From Octopus vulgaris (taxonomy: Eukaryota), in NCBI GenBank assembly GCA_951406725.2, contig OX597829.1:2046001-2110000 (forward strand): a stretch of DNA of 64,000 nt. The letters are read 5' to 3'. The notes under the pieces were generated by a model. The model was not told the origin of the DNA, did not search any database, and saw only the letters and a list, made by a program, of their open reading frames with translations. Shown here one piece after another: positions 42,298-57,199 of the stretch. A program made the position numbers and the translations under genes. The stretch's first letter is position 1; each line of letters opens with the position of its first letter.

Positions 42298-43312
42298 CTG
42301 AAATAAGATTAAGTTTAATGTAAAAAATAAATATCACTGAAGCAAAGTAACACCAAATATATAGTGCGTGTGTTTTTATTGGTGAAACTGGCAAAATGAC
42401 CATTCCGAAATACAACAATAATAAATTAATACTTTCGTAAAAAAAACCCAATTAAACTAATGATTTCGATTCCCTGACATATACTCAACTTCTTCCTTGA
42501 AAATCTTAAAAACAATCTCCTACCTCATTCCTAATTCAGAACAGATGACAACCGATGATTTATACTGCATAAACCGCCTTCAGTCATTTAATTTATTTCT
42601 AAGTCATTGACATATACGGCGGGGCCAACAGAAAGAAACTATAGTTCGAGGATATAATACCCGTTTATCTCATATAATTTAACATGTATAAGAGTCGACA
42701 TACTTCTTACATAAAGTTGTATTGAAAAGTTTTATGTTTTTGTATCACAACACAAACAGCTCTTTCTCTGTATAATATATGTAGCAGTTGTATGACTAAG
42801 TACCTCCAATATAGAAAGAATTCAACACAGGTTTACCGTCGTGCAGTAAGAATTAATTCTGGGAATTGTTCCAAATTATACTAAATGATGTAGTAGCATT
42901 TTCTCTTTTTGTTTTTTTCTTTGTTGTTTTATTTTCATTTTTTATTTCTATGAGATACTGCGGAGCAATTGACTCATATCTCGTGTTTCCTTTTGCTCCT
43001 CGATAAAAACAATGAAATCTAATAAAATAAAGTAATGACAATCGAGAATAACAATTTGATAAAAACCTTCATTTTTACCGCCATCATCACCAAAACCATC
43101 ACCACCTACTCCAACACCAACACCTCCATCACCACCGCTACCACGACAGCTGCCGCCGCCGCCGCCGCCGCTGCCGCTTGCACTATCGTTGTCATGATCA
43201 CCAACATCATCATCATCATTACCATTCATAGCTAACAGAGATATTACATTGTCGCTCGACTTGCTAAAAATAACCGCGCAGTTTCTCTTTCGTATTTCAT
43301 ACTCTACTGTAG

Positions 43313-43714
43313 GGCGACGAGCTGGCAGAATCGTTAGCACTGCGGGCGAAATGCTTAGCGGTATTTCGTCTGCCACTACGTTCTGAGTTCAAATTCCGCC
43401 GAGGTCCACTTTGCCTTTCATCCTTTCGGGGTCGATAAATTAAGTACCAGTTACGCACTGGGGTTCGATATAATCGACTTAATACCTATGTCTGTCCTTG
43501 TTTGTCCCCTCTGTGTTTAGCCCTTTGTGGGTAATAAAGAAATAGGTATTTCCTCTGCCACTACGTTCTGAGTTCAAATTCCGCCGAGGTCGACTTTGCC
43601 TTTCATCCTTTCGGGGTCGATAAATAAAGTACCAGTTCCGCACTGGGGTCGATGTAATCGACTTAATCCGTCTGTCTATCCTTGTTTGTCCCCTCTGTGG
43701 GTAGTAAAGAAATA
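43313..43714 (+). mobile_element. SINE family B dimer
   Basis: Junction AAAGAAATA|GGTATTTCCTCTG at ~43545. Confidence 0.9.
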
Positions 43715-44252
43715 TATTGATAAAGGTTTTATCATCATCCCAAGATCGTGGTTTCGATTCTCGAACCGAGCGATGTATTGCTTTCTTGAACAAATCATTT
43801 CATTTCATTCTACTCCAGTTCACTCGGCTGTTAACGAATAAACCTACGACGCGAGGGAATGGTTTCCCGTTCAGAAGAGTTGTTTTGATCTCGCTGTGGG
43901 AACCAGATAACCGGCCCCGTGTATCCTCGGGCTCGAGATAATTACGTCTAGGTGTTGTTGTTGTTGTTGATGATGATGATGATGATGATGACGATGACGA
44001 CGACGACGACGACGATGATATAGTAAGTTGGCTTTAATATCATGGGTTTGTTCGAAGACACAGTACGTATTGGGCTCATGATCGTGAAATGATGGACTCC
44101 ATTTTTGGACTGGGCGGCGCACTGTGTCCGTTCTTGAATAAAATACTTTATTTTGCATTGCTGTAATTGATTCAATTGAAAAGGAGCAGCAGAGTTTAGT
44201 TGAAACTATGCGAAGAACGGGTGTCCGATTTAGAGAAGCGCTACTCTTATAT

Positions 44253-44483
44253 TCGGCGAGCTGTCAGAAACGTTAGCACGCCGGGCGAAATGTGTAGCCA
44301 TATTTCGTCTGCCGTTACGTTCTGAGTTCAAATTCCACCGAGGTCGATTTTATCTTTCATCCTTTCGGGGTCGATAAATTAAGTACCAGTTATGCACTGG
44401 AGTCGATCTAATCGACTTAATCCCTTCGTCTGTCCTTGTTTGTCCCCCTCTGTGTTTAGCCCCTTGTGGGTAGTAAAGAAATA
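44253..44483 (+). mobile_element. SINE family B
   Basis: Matches 9033-9262. Confidence 0.88.
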
Positions 44484-44632
44484 GGCATGTAAATTTTGGA
44501 GAATCCTTGATTCTTCTGATTATCTCCTCTTCTCATTTGGAGTTTAGTCTCAATTGCCACCAATTCTTTCCTCTATCCTCGAAAGAGGAGATAATTTCAG
44601 TAAATCAAAATTCTTTAATGCACATTAATTCA

Positions 44633-44663
<31 letters not shown>

Positions 44664-44826
44664 TCCTGTCTTTTCTCACACATACGCGCACGCACGCACG
44701 CACACACACACAAAGATAGATGGCAAAGATAGATGATTAACAAATACGTAGACAAACACATGGACAGACTAATGGACATACAGATAGACAGGCAGATGGA
44801 TGGATGGATGGATGGATGGATGGATG

Positions 44827-44907
<81 letters not shown>

Positions 44908-44931
44908 GCAGAAAGATACATAGATAGAGAT

Positions 44932-44974
<43 letters not shown>

Positions 44975-45462
44975 GAGACTGGTAGATAGAGATAGAGAGT
45001 CATATAGATGGAGTAGACAGATGTGTTGAAAATAGCGAATAAAATAGATTTGTTGTCTGGAATATAAAGATAGAGAACGCTTGGCAGGAGAAGGAGAAGG
45101 AGGAAATGCGGACGGAGGATGAGAAGGAGGAGGTGGAGGTATAGAAGATTGATTGGATGGAGATGGAAGGAGACAGAGAATGGAATGACAAAAGGAGAGG
45201 TGACAGAAGTAATGGTTAGTTGAGTAGGAGTTGAAAACGAGGCTGCGAGAGGAAACGGTGGTGAGTGAGTGAGCGAATGGAGTGAGAGTGAGAGAAAAGA
45301 GGAGGGAAAGATAAACAGATGCACACAAATGGATGTGAATGAAGGGATAAGTTGGGATAGATAGATTGAGGAATGGATTTAGCAGCTAGTAAAAGGAATA
45401 GTTAAATGGAAGGATAGAGTGAGAGCGGGAGGGGGAGATAAATAGATAGATAGATAGATAGT

Positions 45463-45845
45463 GGAGGCGCAATGGCCCAGTGATTAGGGCAGCGGACACG
45501 CGGTCGGAGGATCGCGGTTTCGATTCCCAGATCGGGCGTTGTGAGTGTTTATTGAGCGAAAACACCTAAAGCTCCACGAGGCTCCTGTAGGGGCTGGTGG
45601 TGATCCCTGCTGTACTCTTTCACCACAACTTTCTCTCACTCTTACTTCCTGTTTCTGTTGTACTTGTACTTCAAAGGGCCGGCCTTGTCACTCTCTGTGT
45701 CACGCTGAATATCCCCGAGAACTACGTTAAGGGTGCACGTGTCTGTGGAGTGCTCAGCCACTTACACGTTAATTTCACGAGCAGGCTGTTCCGTTGATTC
45801 AGATCAACCGGAACCCTCGTCGTCGTAACCGACGGAGTGCTTCCC
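45463..45845 (+). mobile_element. SINE family C (tail type 1) within (GATA)n
   Basis: tRNA-like head GGAGGCGCAATGGCCCAGTG...GGTTTCGATTCCC, a short poly(A), and (GATA)n on both sides. Confidence 0.85.
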
Positions 45846-45854
45846 AAAAAAAAA

Positions 45855-45891
<37 letters not shown>

Positions 45892-46542
45892 CAGAAAGAA
45901 AGATGGATAGATCTGTTATAATTTCACAACACCGAAGATGCCCTACGGGAAGAAATCCACTTCTGTACTTGGGAATTATTTTATTTTATCGACGCCTGAA
46001 AGTTTAAATGCATTGTTGATCCCTGTTTGATTTTGGCACAGAACGTAGAAGGCCACAACCAAACGCAACAGCCACCCGCCTCCGGGACTGTGTGCATGAG
46101 GGCTTCTTCGCATGTGTGTGTGTATTATATCTTTCCATCCTCGAACCCAGAACCCCTTATGGGGCCATCGTCAAAAACTGAGTTCCTTATGTATTTAGAG
46201 CACATCCTTCTTCCGTCTGTGAGCACAATCGAATTCTTCAATGATAGCGAAAGGAAAGGAGAATCGACTCCGATGTGATGAAAACAAAGTTGACTTCAGC
46301 AGGATTCGAACTCAGTGTGCTGGTAGCCAATACGGATATTGCAAAGGAATTTATTTTACGTTCTAATGACTTTGATTGCTACCTGCCTTATGGAAAGTGT
46401 GTGTGTGTATGTGTGTGAGTGTGTGTGTATGTGTGTGAGTGTATTTATACATATATGCACATGTATGTATGTATGTATGTATGTATGTATGTATGTATGT
46501 ACGAACGAATGTATGTGCATGCAAATATGTGGGTGTATACCT

Positions 46543-46930
46543 ATTTCTTTATTACCCACAAGGGGCTAAACACAGAGGGGACAAACAAGGACAGACATAG
46601 GTATTAAGAACTGGTACTTAATTTATCGACCCCGAAAGGATGAAAGGCAAAGTCGATCTCGGCGGAATTTGAACTCAGAACGTAACGCAGACGAAATACC
46701 TATTTGTTTACTACCCACAAGGGGCTAAACACAGAGGGAACGAACAAGGACAGACAAACGGATTAAGTCGATTACATCGACCCCAGAGTTCAACTGGTAC
46801 TTAATTTATCGACCCCGAAAGGATGAAAGGCAAAGTCGACCTCGGCGGAATTTGAACTCAGAACGTAACGGCAGACGAATACCGCTAAGCATTTCGCCCG
46901 GCGTGCTAACGTTTCTGCCAGCTCACCGCC
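46543..46930 (-). mobile_element. SINE family B dimer with a 15-bp TSD
   Basis: TGTGGGTGTATACCT at 46528-46542 and 46934-46948. Confidence 0.9.
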
Positions 46931-47489
46931 TTTTGTGGGTGTATACCTGTTACTAATTGTATGCGTGTAGATGAAACTATCCATGGAATTTATGGCACTG
47001 TTACAATTGCTCCAATACAACCCGGGAAACACATCGTACATGATGATATTAATATAAGGAATTCATCATATAATAGCATATAATTATTCTTATGACTAAG
47101 TCTGATGAAATGCACACGAATTCCTTATATTAATATTAATATTAATATTAATATTAATATTAATATTAATATTAATATTTATGTTCGTGAAATGTATTTC
47201 CATGTTGTATTGAAACAATTGTAACTATAGAATTAAAAATAATTCCATAATTACGTTAGTTGTTTTACAACACACACGCACACACGCGCACACACACACA
47301 CACACACAGACACATACACACACACACACAGAGAGACACACACACACACACGCACACGCACACACAAACACATACACACACACACACACACGCACACGCA
47401 CACACACACAATAAAAACAAAGAAGTCAATACTTTCAGGACTTTATCATAGGCAATAATAGAGAAAATATTTACATTTTTATCGAATTA

Positions 47490-47836
47490 TTAGCAGTATC
47501 GCCCGGCGTTGCTCGAGTTTGTTTCGACCCTTTAGAATTGGAATTTTTGGAAAGTAAAAATTTTGCATTATGTAGAAAAATGGTGACACAGCAGTCAAAG
47601 CATCGTAAAAAAAATAGGGATTTTCATAGAAAAAAAGCACCTTTTTGATGTAAATAATTTTTGGTGTTAACATGGTCCGATTTGAACTTTTTCTTCTACG
47701 GAATGAAGAGCAAGCCTTCTTCTATCATATTCTCAATTTTGGTCAATCAGTACCGCAGGGTCTCGGAGGAGATAGTGTTATTTGAAGGCTACCAAACCTG
47801 CCATACACAGACAACTTCAGCTTTATAAATATAGAG
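47490..47836 (-). mobile_element. Non-autonomous Helitron related to 26226-26756
   Basis: Shares the terminus TAGCAGTATCG.CCGGCGTTGCTCG. The other end reads TCTATATTTATAAAG on the minus strand. Confidence 0.7.
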
Positions 47837-48019
47837 AGAGGTATAGTGTATATATATATACGGTCAACACACACATTGCACGCGTGTGTTTTGTACGCAT
47901 ACATGCTAGTGTGTGTATGTGACTGAAGCCATTCACACATACATACATGCATAACAACACCTGTCTGTCTGTTTTTGTCTGTCAATCACTCACTAAAAAG
48001 AAATTTTTAAAATCTGTTA

Positions 48020-48051
<32 letters not shown>

Positions 48052-48740
48052 ACTCACTCTCTCTCACTCTCTCTCACTCTCCCTCCCTCTCTTTACACCG
48101 TCGCTAGAAGGGGACTTAACTCATGTTTTATAAACAATAATGGCGTCACTACAGTGGATTTCTTCGCCGTGAAAATTGAAGTTATGGCTCAAAATTATTT
48201 ACCGCTGTTCGGGGGTGCCTCGGGGGAAAATAATTTGACGAAAATACTGCCAGGATCGTGACGAATGTCCTCCTAAAATTTGAGCGACATGCGTGCTAAT
48301 TTGTGGATGTGCATAAACTACAATCACGTACACACACACACACACATCCTGCCTTATATATACACAGATGCTACAGGCTTCCATATTTTTTATTGGGCGA
48401 TTTAGTTATGCTGAAAGAGTAGGAAAAAATAAATGGAAATAATTAAATTAAATTTATCTTTCTAGAAGTCTACAAATTGGACCGATTGAACAAATGAAAA
48501 AATGTTTGCAATTTTTTTGCTTTAAACGAGTACTTTTACATAATGAAATAAAGCAGAAAGCAGAAGATAACACAATCTGCCGCGAGCATACAGGCTAATA
48601 AGGCCGGAGCAAATCCAGGTTTCTGTAAAATTAAAGTGACTGAAAACATATATTTCTTTATATTTCTTTATTGCCCACAAGGAGTTACACACAGAGGGGT
48701 CAATTAAATAAGTACCAGTTACGCACTGGGGTCGATATAA

Positions 48741-50068
48741 TCAGCAAGATGTTCGAAACCATCCTTAAGAAAAGTATGATGCTCCACCTCCAAAACACAG
48801 CCTCTATCTCTGATTGCCAACACGGCTTCGTGCCGAAGAAATCATGCTTGACCAACTTACTGGTAATGGAAGAATTGGTGATGCGCATCCTCGATGATGG
48901 TGATACTGTTGACATCGTTTTATTGGACTTTGCCACAGCTTTTGACTCGGTAAACCACCGCCAATTACTTGTCAAGCTTCAAGCATATAGTTTCCATCCG
49001 GATATTGTACGATGGGTTGGTACCTTCCTCTCAGATCGCTCCTTCCAAGTCCAAGTTAATGGTTCGCTGTCCGACGTCTCCAAGTGCGAGCAGTGGCGTG
49101 CCTCAAGGTTCAGTGCTTGGGCCCTTATTGTTCTTAGTCTTCATAAATGACTTGCCCGACGACCTCACGCAACACACCCTTCTATTTGCCGACGATGTCA
49201 AACTGGTCGCTCCTCGTGGTGATATAGAGGATCTTCGTCGATGCCTCCACCAAATTTGGAGGTGGTCTAACGAATGGGACCTCTGTCTGAACGTGTCAAA
49301 GTGCTGTCATCTGCCTGTTGGCTCTCCTCCTGCAACTCAACTTGATTTCGAGCCGGGTCGTCTGCTGCTGGAGAGGACCGACCAGGTAAAGGACCTGAGT
49401 AACTTGGTGGATTCCTCCTTTTCGCCTTCGGCCCAGTGCGTCCATGCTGCCAACAAAGCACGCGGAGTTCTGTTCTTGATTCGACGGTCATTTGGAATGC
49501 TCACAGCAGCCATATTCCTACCGCTCTATGTCACGCTGGTGAGACCCATATTGGAATACGGGATTCAAGCCTCTTCTCCTTATCTCCTCAAAGACATACA
49601 GCATCTCGAAAGAGTCCAGAAGCTGGCTAACCGCATGGTTCATGGTCTCAAGAATTTGTCTTATGAAGAAAGGCTGAAGACGCTCGACCTTTATTCTCTA
49701 GAAAAACGACGACGCCGTGGTGATCTCATTCTTGCTCACAACATCGTAAGCGAAAAGTGTAACCTCTCGAAAAAGGTGTTCTTCACTCCTGCTCCAGAGC
49801 GTCGGCTGCGGGGGTCACTCCGAAAAGCTCTATCTGCGACGATTTCATCTCAATCGAAGGAGAGGGCTTTCTCCGTCCGGGTTGCGGATCCGTGGAATAA
49901 GCTGCCGGACGAGATGGTGAAGATGCTGACGACCGCTCAGTTGAAAGTCTCTCTTGATCACAAGTGGCCTGAACTCCTTACATGAACACCACCCTGTACA
50001 TAACTCCATTTCCCCCTACATGGCCTTGCTTTTTGCTTTTTGAGTCAAAAATGTAACTAACTAAATAA
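48741..50068 (+). mobile_element. 5'-truncated CR1-type LINE (RT domain to 3' end) inserted into a SINE B
   Basis: QHGF..KKSCLTNLL, LDFATAFDSVNH, GVPQGSVLGPLLF, FADD and RPILEYG motifs with frameshifts, and a (TAAC)n-like tail. SINE B halves lie at 48705-48740 and 50070-50136. Confidence 0.92.
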
Positions 50069-50783
50069 TTTAATCCGTTTGTCTGTCCTTGTTTGTCCTC
50101 TCTGAGTTTAGCCCCTTGTGGGTAGTAAAGAAATAGGTGTATTCAAGCCGCTTCGAGCAAAAGATCTCATTGAACAAAATCGAAACAGCAGTACTGTAAT
50201 ATATCATATAAGAAAATATATGAAAAACGTCATCATTCATGAATGCATAGAGTAAACAGGTTTGCCGAAAATATACTACGTTTCATTCCACCATTAACAA
50301 AATATACGTAAAACGTGACGGTTAGTTGTAGACACTGTCAAATCTTTGTTTTTTAATCTATAAAACTATCTAAAAGCCAAGCATCAATATGCGTGTGCGC
50401 GCGCGCGTGCTTGTGTACATGTATGCGTGTGTATGCTTTTGCCTGGGTAAATGCATGTTCTTTTAACATATAAGTATCATATTTTTTTAAATGCCTACAA
50501 CCCTAGTATGTTGACATCAATAGGCAATGAAAATTGGATTCACTTTTGACCATAGGCTGAAACAGCTGTAAGAAGTAATTTCTGGATTTCAATAATTTAT
50601 AATATGACTTTTAAATTCTGTATTTGTATTATTATTATCTTCTCTATTGATTTATATAATATTTTGTATGCTTTTGATGTTCTCATTTTGTTGAATGAAT
50701 AAATAATCCAACATTATAATATCCGTAAGTTGATGAACAAACTAAATTTGTTTCTCCATTTTCTTATTTGTATTATATATATA

Positions 50784-51983
50784 TTAGGTTGCCAAGGAAT
50801 TTCTTGCGGAAGTTTTAATTTTGGTTTTAAATTATGTATTTTCAAATTAATTTTTGTTAAATTACTTTGACTTTATATATCATTTTAAAGCCCGTTTTTC
50901 GCTCTATCTAATCGTGTTCCTCTTTTTCTTTTTGAATAATTAGGTCATTTTTTCCGAAACATTGAATACAACTTTATTCCAGTTCAAGTTAGGCCGAAAA
51001 GCTGCCGAAACAGCTCGCAATATCAACGATGCGTTTGGCCCAAGAACCACTAATGAACGTGCAGCACAATGGTGATTCAAGAAATTCCGTAGCGGTGACG
51101 AGAGTCTTGAAGATGATAAGCGTAGTGGTCGGCCATTGGATGTTGACAGCGATCAACTAAGAGCCTTAGTCGAAGCCAACCCACGCACAACTGTTCGAGA
51201 GCTTGCTTCTGAATTAGACATAACGTAAAAGACATTGGAAAAACAAAAATACTTGAGAAGTGGGCGCCGCGCGAATTGAACAACCAAAACAAAAACGCCG
51301 TTTTGAAGTGTCGTCTTCCCTTCTTTTACGCAACAAGAACGTCCTGTTTCTCGACCGGATTGTGACCTGCGATGAAAAGTGGATTCTTTGCGACAACCGG
51401 CGACGCTCTGCTCAGTGGTTGGACGCCGACGAAGCTCCATGGCACTTCCCGAAGCCAAAGTTGCACCAAAAGAAGGTCATGGTGACTGTTTGGTGGTCTG
51501 TGGCTGGTCTCATCCATCATAACGTTTTGGATCCATGCGAAATCATTACGGTGGAGAAGTAATGTCTGCAAATGGATGAAATGCAAAAGAAACTCCGACA
51601 ACAACCATCATTGGTCAATAGAAAAGGACCAATTCTCTTCCACAACAACGCTCGGCAGTACGTCGCACAACTGACCCTGCAGAAGTTGAACGAACTGGGC
51701 TACGAAACTCTGCCTCATCCGCTACACTCACCAGACCTCTCTCCTACCGACTACCACTTTTTCAAGCATCTGGACAACTTCCTGCGTGAGAAATGCTTCA
51801 AAAACCAAGACGATGTCAAATACACCTTCAACGACTTCATCGCCACCAGAACGCAGGAATTTTACGCTACTGGCATGAAGAAACTTTCGCGTTGATTCCG
51901 ATGGTGGTTATTTCGATTAATAAAGTTTTGTTTGCATCTGAATTTAAAGGTTAAAAACCGCAAGAACTTTCTTGACAACCTAA
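50784..51983 (+). mobile_element. Mariner (D,D34D) transposon, decayed, cecropia/Hsmar1-like
   Basis: TIRs TTAGGTTGCCAAGGAATTTCTTGCGG and CCGCAAGAACTTTCTTGACAACCTAA with TA flanks. Motifs [25 protein letters not shown] and SPDLSPTDYHFF, with stops and an internal deletion near 51240. Confidence 0.93.
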
Positions 51984-52779
51984 TATATATCCATTCATCT
52001 TTCTATCTCGTTATCTGTTTATCTGTACACTCTCACTGCATACAAATACTTGTAATAGATTCGTAATAGACACACACATACACACACACACACACACACA
52101 CTCACACACTCACACACACACACACACTCACACACACAAAGACCCATCCACCTATGTATATACAAGTATACACATACATGTTTATATGAATGTATGTGTG
52201 TCTGTGTGTGTGTATTCTAGAACCGGTAGGGTGGGAGTATCAGAGACTAGCTTGACTCGTAAGCTGCGTGCGTCAATGATAAAGATTGCTTTAAATTTAG
52301 GGACTGCAATGTTTTTATGATGTGAATCGCGCAGGCGTAACAGACGGAACTAAAATGTGCTATTTTTCAATTATTTTGATATTTGAAAGTACAAAACAAT
52401 TGATGTCGATGTTACAGACTCGTCTGAGCTAATGACAAAAATACCTGTGGCGTTTAATTACAACGGTTCTTCGCGTACTGTGTTCAAATCTCAACGAAGT
52501 GTACTTCGACGTTCATCATTCTTGAGCCGGGTACCACCAAATGGCGGTAGACTCGCCTGTCATAAAGAACAGATAAGGGTTCTGCAATTTCTTGCTGAAC
52601 AGCCTGTGCAAATAATTTGTTTATAATGATCAAAAGTATCTGGTGTGCATTAGCTCACTCCCTCCATCAAACTGACATTGCCTGAACGGTTGCAAGGTAA
52701 ACCATATGAGGTCACATGACTTCATTAAGGAAATATTGCTGGAGTTATTATATTCTTGCAAAGAAGTCTGAATGTGAAA

Positions 52780-53700
52780 AATATTGGTTTCAAATTTCGA
52801 CACAAAGCCAGAAATTTCAAGGAGGGGTTAAGTCGATTATATCGACTCCAAAGCTCAGTGGAGGCACATGGCCTAGTGGTTAGAGCAGCGAACTCGCGGT
52901 CGAGGGATCGGGGGGTTCGAATCTCAGACTCGGCGGTGTGTGTGTGTGTTTATGAGCGAAATACCTAAGCTCCACGCGGCTCCGGCAGAAGGTAATGGCA
53001 AACTTCTGCTGACTCTTTCGCTATAACTTTCTCTCACTCTTTCATCCTGTATCTTGCAGCTCACCTGCAAGGTGGGGAAACTATACGCCACAGAAACCGG
53101 GAAACCGGCCCTTATGAACCAGCCATGGCTCGAGAAACAACAACTCCAGTGCTCACCTGGTACTTATTTTATCGACCTCGAAATGATGAAAAGCAAAGTC
53201 AAACCTGGTGGAATTTGATCTCAGAACGTAAAGATGGACGAAATGCCGCTAAGCATTTCGCCCGACGTGCTTAACAATTCTACCTATTTCTTTACCACCC
53301 ACAAGGGGCTAAACACAGAGGAGACAAACAGGGACAGACAAACGGATGAAGTCGATTACATCGACCCCACTGCGTAACTGGTACTTATTTAATCGACCCC
53401 GAAAGGATGAAAGGCAAAGTCGACCTCGGCGGAATTTGAACTCAGAACGTAGCGGCAGACGAAATACCTATTTCTTTACTACCCACAAGGGGCTAAACAC
53501 AGAGGAGACAAACAGGGACAGACAAACGGATGAAGTCGATTACATCGACCCCACTGCGTAACTGGTACTTATTTAATCGACCCCGAAAGGATGAAAGGCA
53601 AAGTCGACCTCGGCGGAATTTGAACTCAGAACGTAACGGCAGTCGAAATACGGCTACGCATTTCGCCCGACGTGCTAACGATTCTACCTGCTCGACGCAT
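52780..53700. mobile_element. Nested SINE cluster: old SINE B (-) containing SINE C (+, 52860-53142, tail type 2) and a SINE B dimer (-, 53283-53695)
   Basis: The old B sequence is split around SINE C by the direct repeat ACTCCA..GCTCA. The dimer junction is at ~53468. Confidence 0.85.
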
Positions 53701-54618
53701 TCTAGATGTGAATAATATTAAAATTGAAGAAGAATGTAGAAAGGAACCGTGGAGAAACTACGCAAATCAGGCAGAATACAAACCGAAAATGCAATCAGCG
53801 GCTATAAAATCGAAGCCAATATCCATTCTCCAATATATAAAATATCAATAAACACATTTAAATTCTTTTACTACATGTGCCGATAAAAATCAATAAACCC
53901 GTAAAACATAAAACTGCACCCAGATCATTAAATTTTCTTCATTTATATCGATTTTCATACACAAAGTACTTCGGAAAATTAAACATTTAGAATTTTGTTT
54001 TATTTGATGGAATAGGAGGGTTTTTTTTTGGTTTTTTGGCGTAGTTTAGATATTAATAACTTATTCATACTTGAATTTCTATCTGCAGATATGGCGAGTT
54101 CACCAAGTACAAGATAAAACTGTGTGTAAATAATATATTATGCATATAAATGTATGCATGCATACATACTCAAATACATATGCTTAAATTTTTGCATACA
54201 CATACACACATACATACATATGTACATACATACGTACGTACATGTATGCATGCGTACATACATACATACATACTCACGTATGTACGTACATACATATATA
54301 CATGCATACGTACATGCATGCACACACACACACACACACACACATACATAGATAAATACAAATATATATGCACATATGCATACATATATACATACATATG
54401 TGTGTGTATATGTAAGCATATGTGTATATAGATTGCGGCTTCATCCAGGCAAGGCCCACGGTGTTCAAGACTGGTTATAAGAGGTATCCAACTGGAACTG
54501 ATAGGGACATAATAAAGCAGATAAACACAATTAGTCTTGAAATATATATTTACATCAAACATTATACTTACACGCACACACACACACACACACGCATACA
54601 TTGTGGTTTTATCTCTAA

Positions 54619-55087
<469 letters not shown>

Positions 55088-55344
55088 TATATATATATAT
55101 ATATATACGTTTATATAACCATTTTGCAAGATTCTTGATGTGAATTCGTGTATTGAAACAGATATTGTTGTATTTGGGGATGGTCATGTTGTCAGTTTAG
55201 CCAATGAAAACACACGCTCTATATATTTGGTGTTCACTTGCTTCAGCTTTATTTTATATGTTACTGTTAACCTTGTTTGCCATTTTACAAAATGGCAGAT
55301 CGTTAGGAAGGAGAGACACAAAAAGGAAAGAAGAAAGCAAATGA

Positions 55345-55378
55345 CTACTGATGAGATCATGTGACGAAAGAACTCTGG
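55345..55378 (+). ncRNA. Minimal hammerhead motif inside an inverted repeat (55176-55260 and 55391-55478)
   Basis: CUA-CUGAUGA-GAUCAUGUGAC-GAAA GAAC UC-UGG. Confidence 0.6.
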
Positions 55379-55589
55379 CCGAAATGCAATTAATATAAGA
55401 TAAAGCTGAACCAAGTGAACACCAAATATATAGTGCGCGTGTTTCCATTAGCTAAACTGGCAACATGACCATCCCCATATCTATACATATATATATATAG
55501 GGAGAGTTTACGAAAAAAGCAAAAGACGAAGGCAGGTGGTGTACAAAACAAACAGATGCATTAGTATAACGCTCAGGAATAGAAAACGT

Positions 55590-55625
55590 CTTTTACGTTT
55601 CGAGCCTACGCTCTTCTACAGAAAG
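55590..55625 (-). ncRNA. Hammerhead-like motif (CUGUAGA family) in the repeat at 55497-55672
   Basis: CUUU-CUGUAGAA-GAGC GUAG GCUC-GAAAC GUA-AAAG. Confidence 0.6.
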
Positions 55626-55670
55626 GGACACAGAAAAAAACAAGGAGAGACAAAAAATGTGTGTAGAGGC

Positions 55671-55724
<54 letters not shown>

Positions 55725-55946
55725 GAAATGAGGTACTCAGAAGATCGGATGGTTTATATTTACAGATATTTATTTGTATATTACATTTTTTTTATATATA
55801 TATATCATATCACTTAGATCATTAGCACTTTCTCCCATTCTAGTGGGGTTTTCAAATCAAACTAAGTTCTGTAAATATAAACCATCCGATCTTCTGAGTA
55901 CCTCATTTCTTCTAATATATAATACTTGTACATCATCTCCAAACCT

Positions 55947-56007
<61 letters not shown>

Positions 56008-56180
56008 TAAATTAGAGATAAAACCACTATTAGGCAAATCATACAATGAAAAACTTAAGCCAATACATAAGATTAATTAATTTATATTATTTAAAAATAT
56101 ATCAAAATTATTAAAAAAGATAATTAATATAACACTACGATCGTTCATTGATTAAACCTCGCCAAGTTAAATATTTAAAC

Positions 56181-56244
56181 CACCTGAAGAATGACTGTAA
56201 CTCGAAAATTTTAAGAATTGAACAGCCATGAAACGATCGTAGTG
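56181..56244 (+). ncRNA. Minimal type-I hammerhead ribozyme with intact core
   Basis: CAC-CUGAAGA-AUGACUGU..ACAGCCAU-GAAA-CGAUCG-UA-GUG, at the centre of an inverted repeat (56005-56148 and 56229-56372). Confidence 0.7.
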
Positions 56245-56454
56245 TTATATTAATTATCTTTTTTAATAATTTTGATATATTTTTAAATAATATAAATTAA
56301 TTAATCTTATATATTGGCTTAAGTTTTTCATTGTATGATTTGCCTAATAGTGGTTTTATCTCTAATTTAATAAATTATAATATTTTACTATAAAATTGGA
56401 TTCAATCATAAATCTGATTTTTCCCTGTAAGTTTGGATTTATTCCCTAATATTT

Positions 56455-56539
<85 letters not shown>

Positions 56540-57199
56540 CCTTCAATTGTTTCTATATCTATCCTCATTCAAATTACAAATTTACAAATTAAAATTGCAT
56601 TACGCAATTACGAAGGTAGATATTTCTTCAGGGCGAAAATTGATGACAAGAAAGTGTTTACATCCTAACAGATTGAACCTTCAAGTAGATATGGCCAAGA
56701 CTAACACACATTTACACATCTCTATACTACATGCTGATCTACCTGGAAAATCCTAAACAAGGCTTGTTAGAACAAACTGTCTGCGTTTGTGTATGGAGAG
56801 GGTTGTTCGTTTCATTATTGTTTATGTGTATGTCTGTATGTTTATATGTTTATACGTGTGATTGTGTGAAGCCCAGGAGTTTCAAGGGAAGAATCTGCGG
56901 AATCACTTTTGACAAAGTTTCGCTTACCGTATTTGTTTTTGGAGAAGGCATATCAGTTTCATTTGCTCTTTCTTACAATAACCAAAACATTTCTCGGTGT
57001 TTATGAAATTTGTTGTAGTTTTGTATATAATAATAAGTACAATTGAAAAACTAGTCTGAGTACCAGAACTATTAGTTTCTTATTAGTTCTTCATAGATGA
57101 TTTTCTTACCCTGAATTTTTAACGAAGCATTCTCACCCGCCATGCAGCTGAACTCAACAATAGTACATGACTTATAGTCCTTGCCTCATAAAACAAAAT

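Noticed and set aside
45463-45545. tRNA-like sequences at SINE heads
   Set aside because: They continue into SINE bodies and lack a full cloverleaf, so they are not tRNA genes
50490-50580. Partial hammerhead (GCCUA...UAGGCU-GAAA-CAGCUG-UA)
   Set aside because: The CUGANGA half is missing, so it is not counted as a ribozyme, although it may be a truncated member
54089-54125. Possible micro-exon (TTTCTATCTGCAG|ATATGG...GTGT|GTAAAT)
   Set aside because: Splice-like signals of this quality are expected by chance, and the peptide is not recognisable
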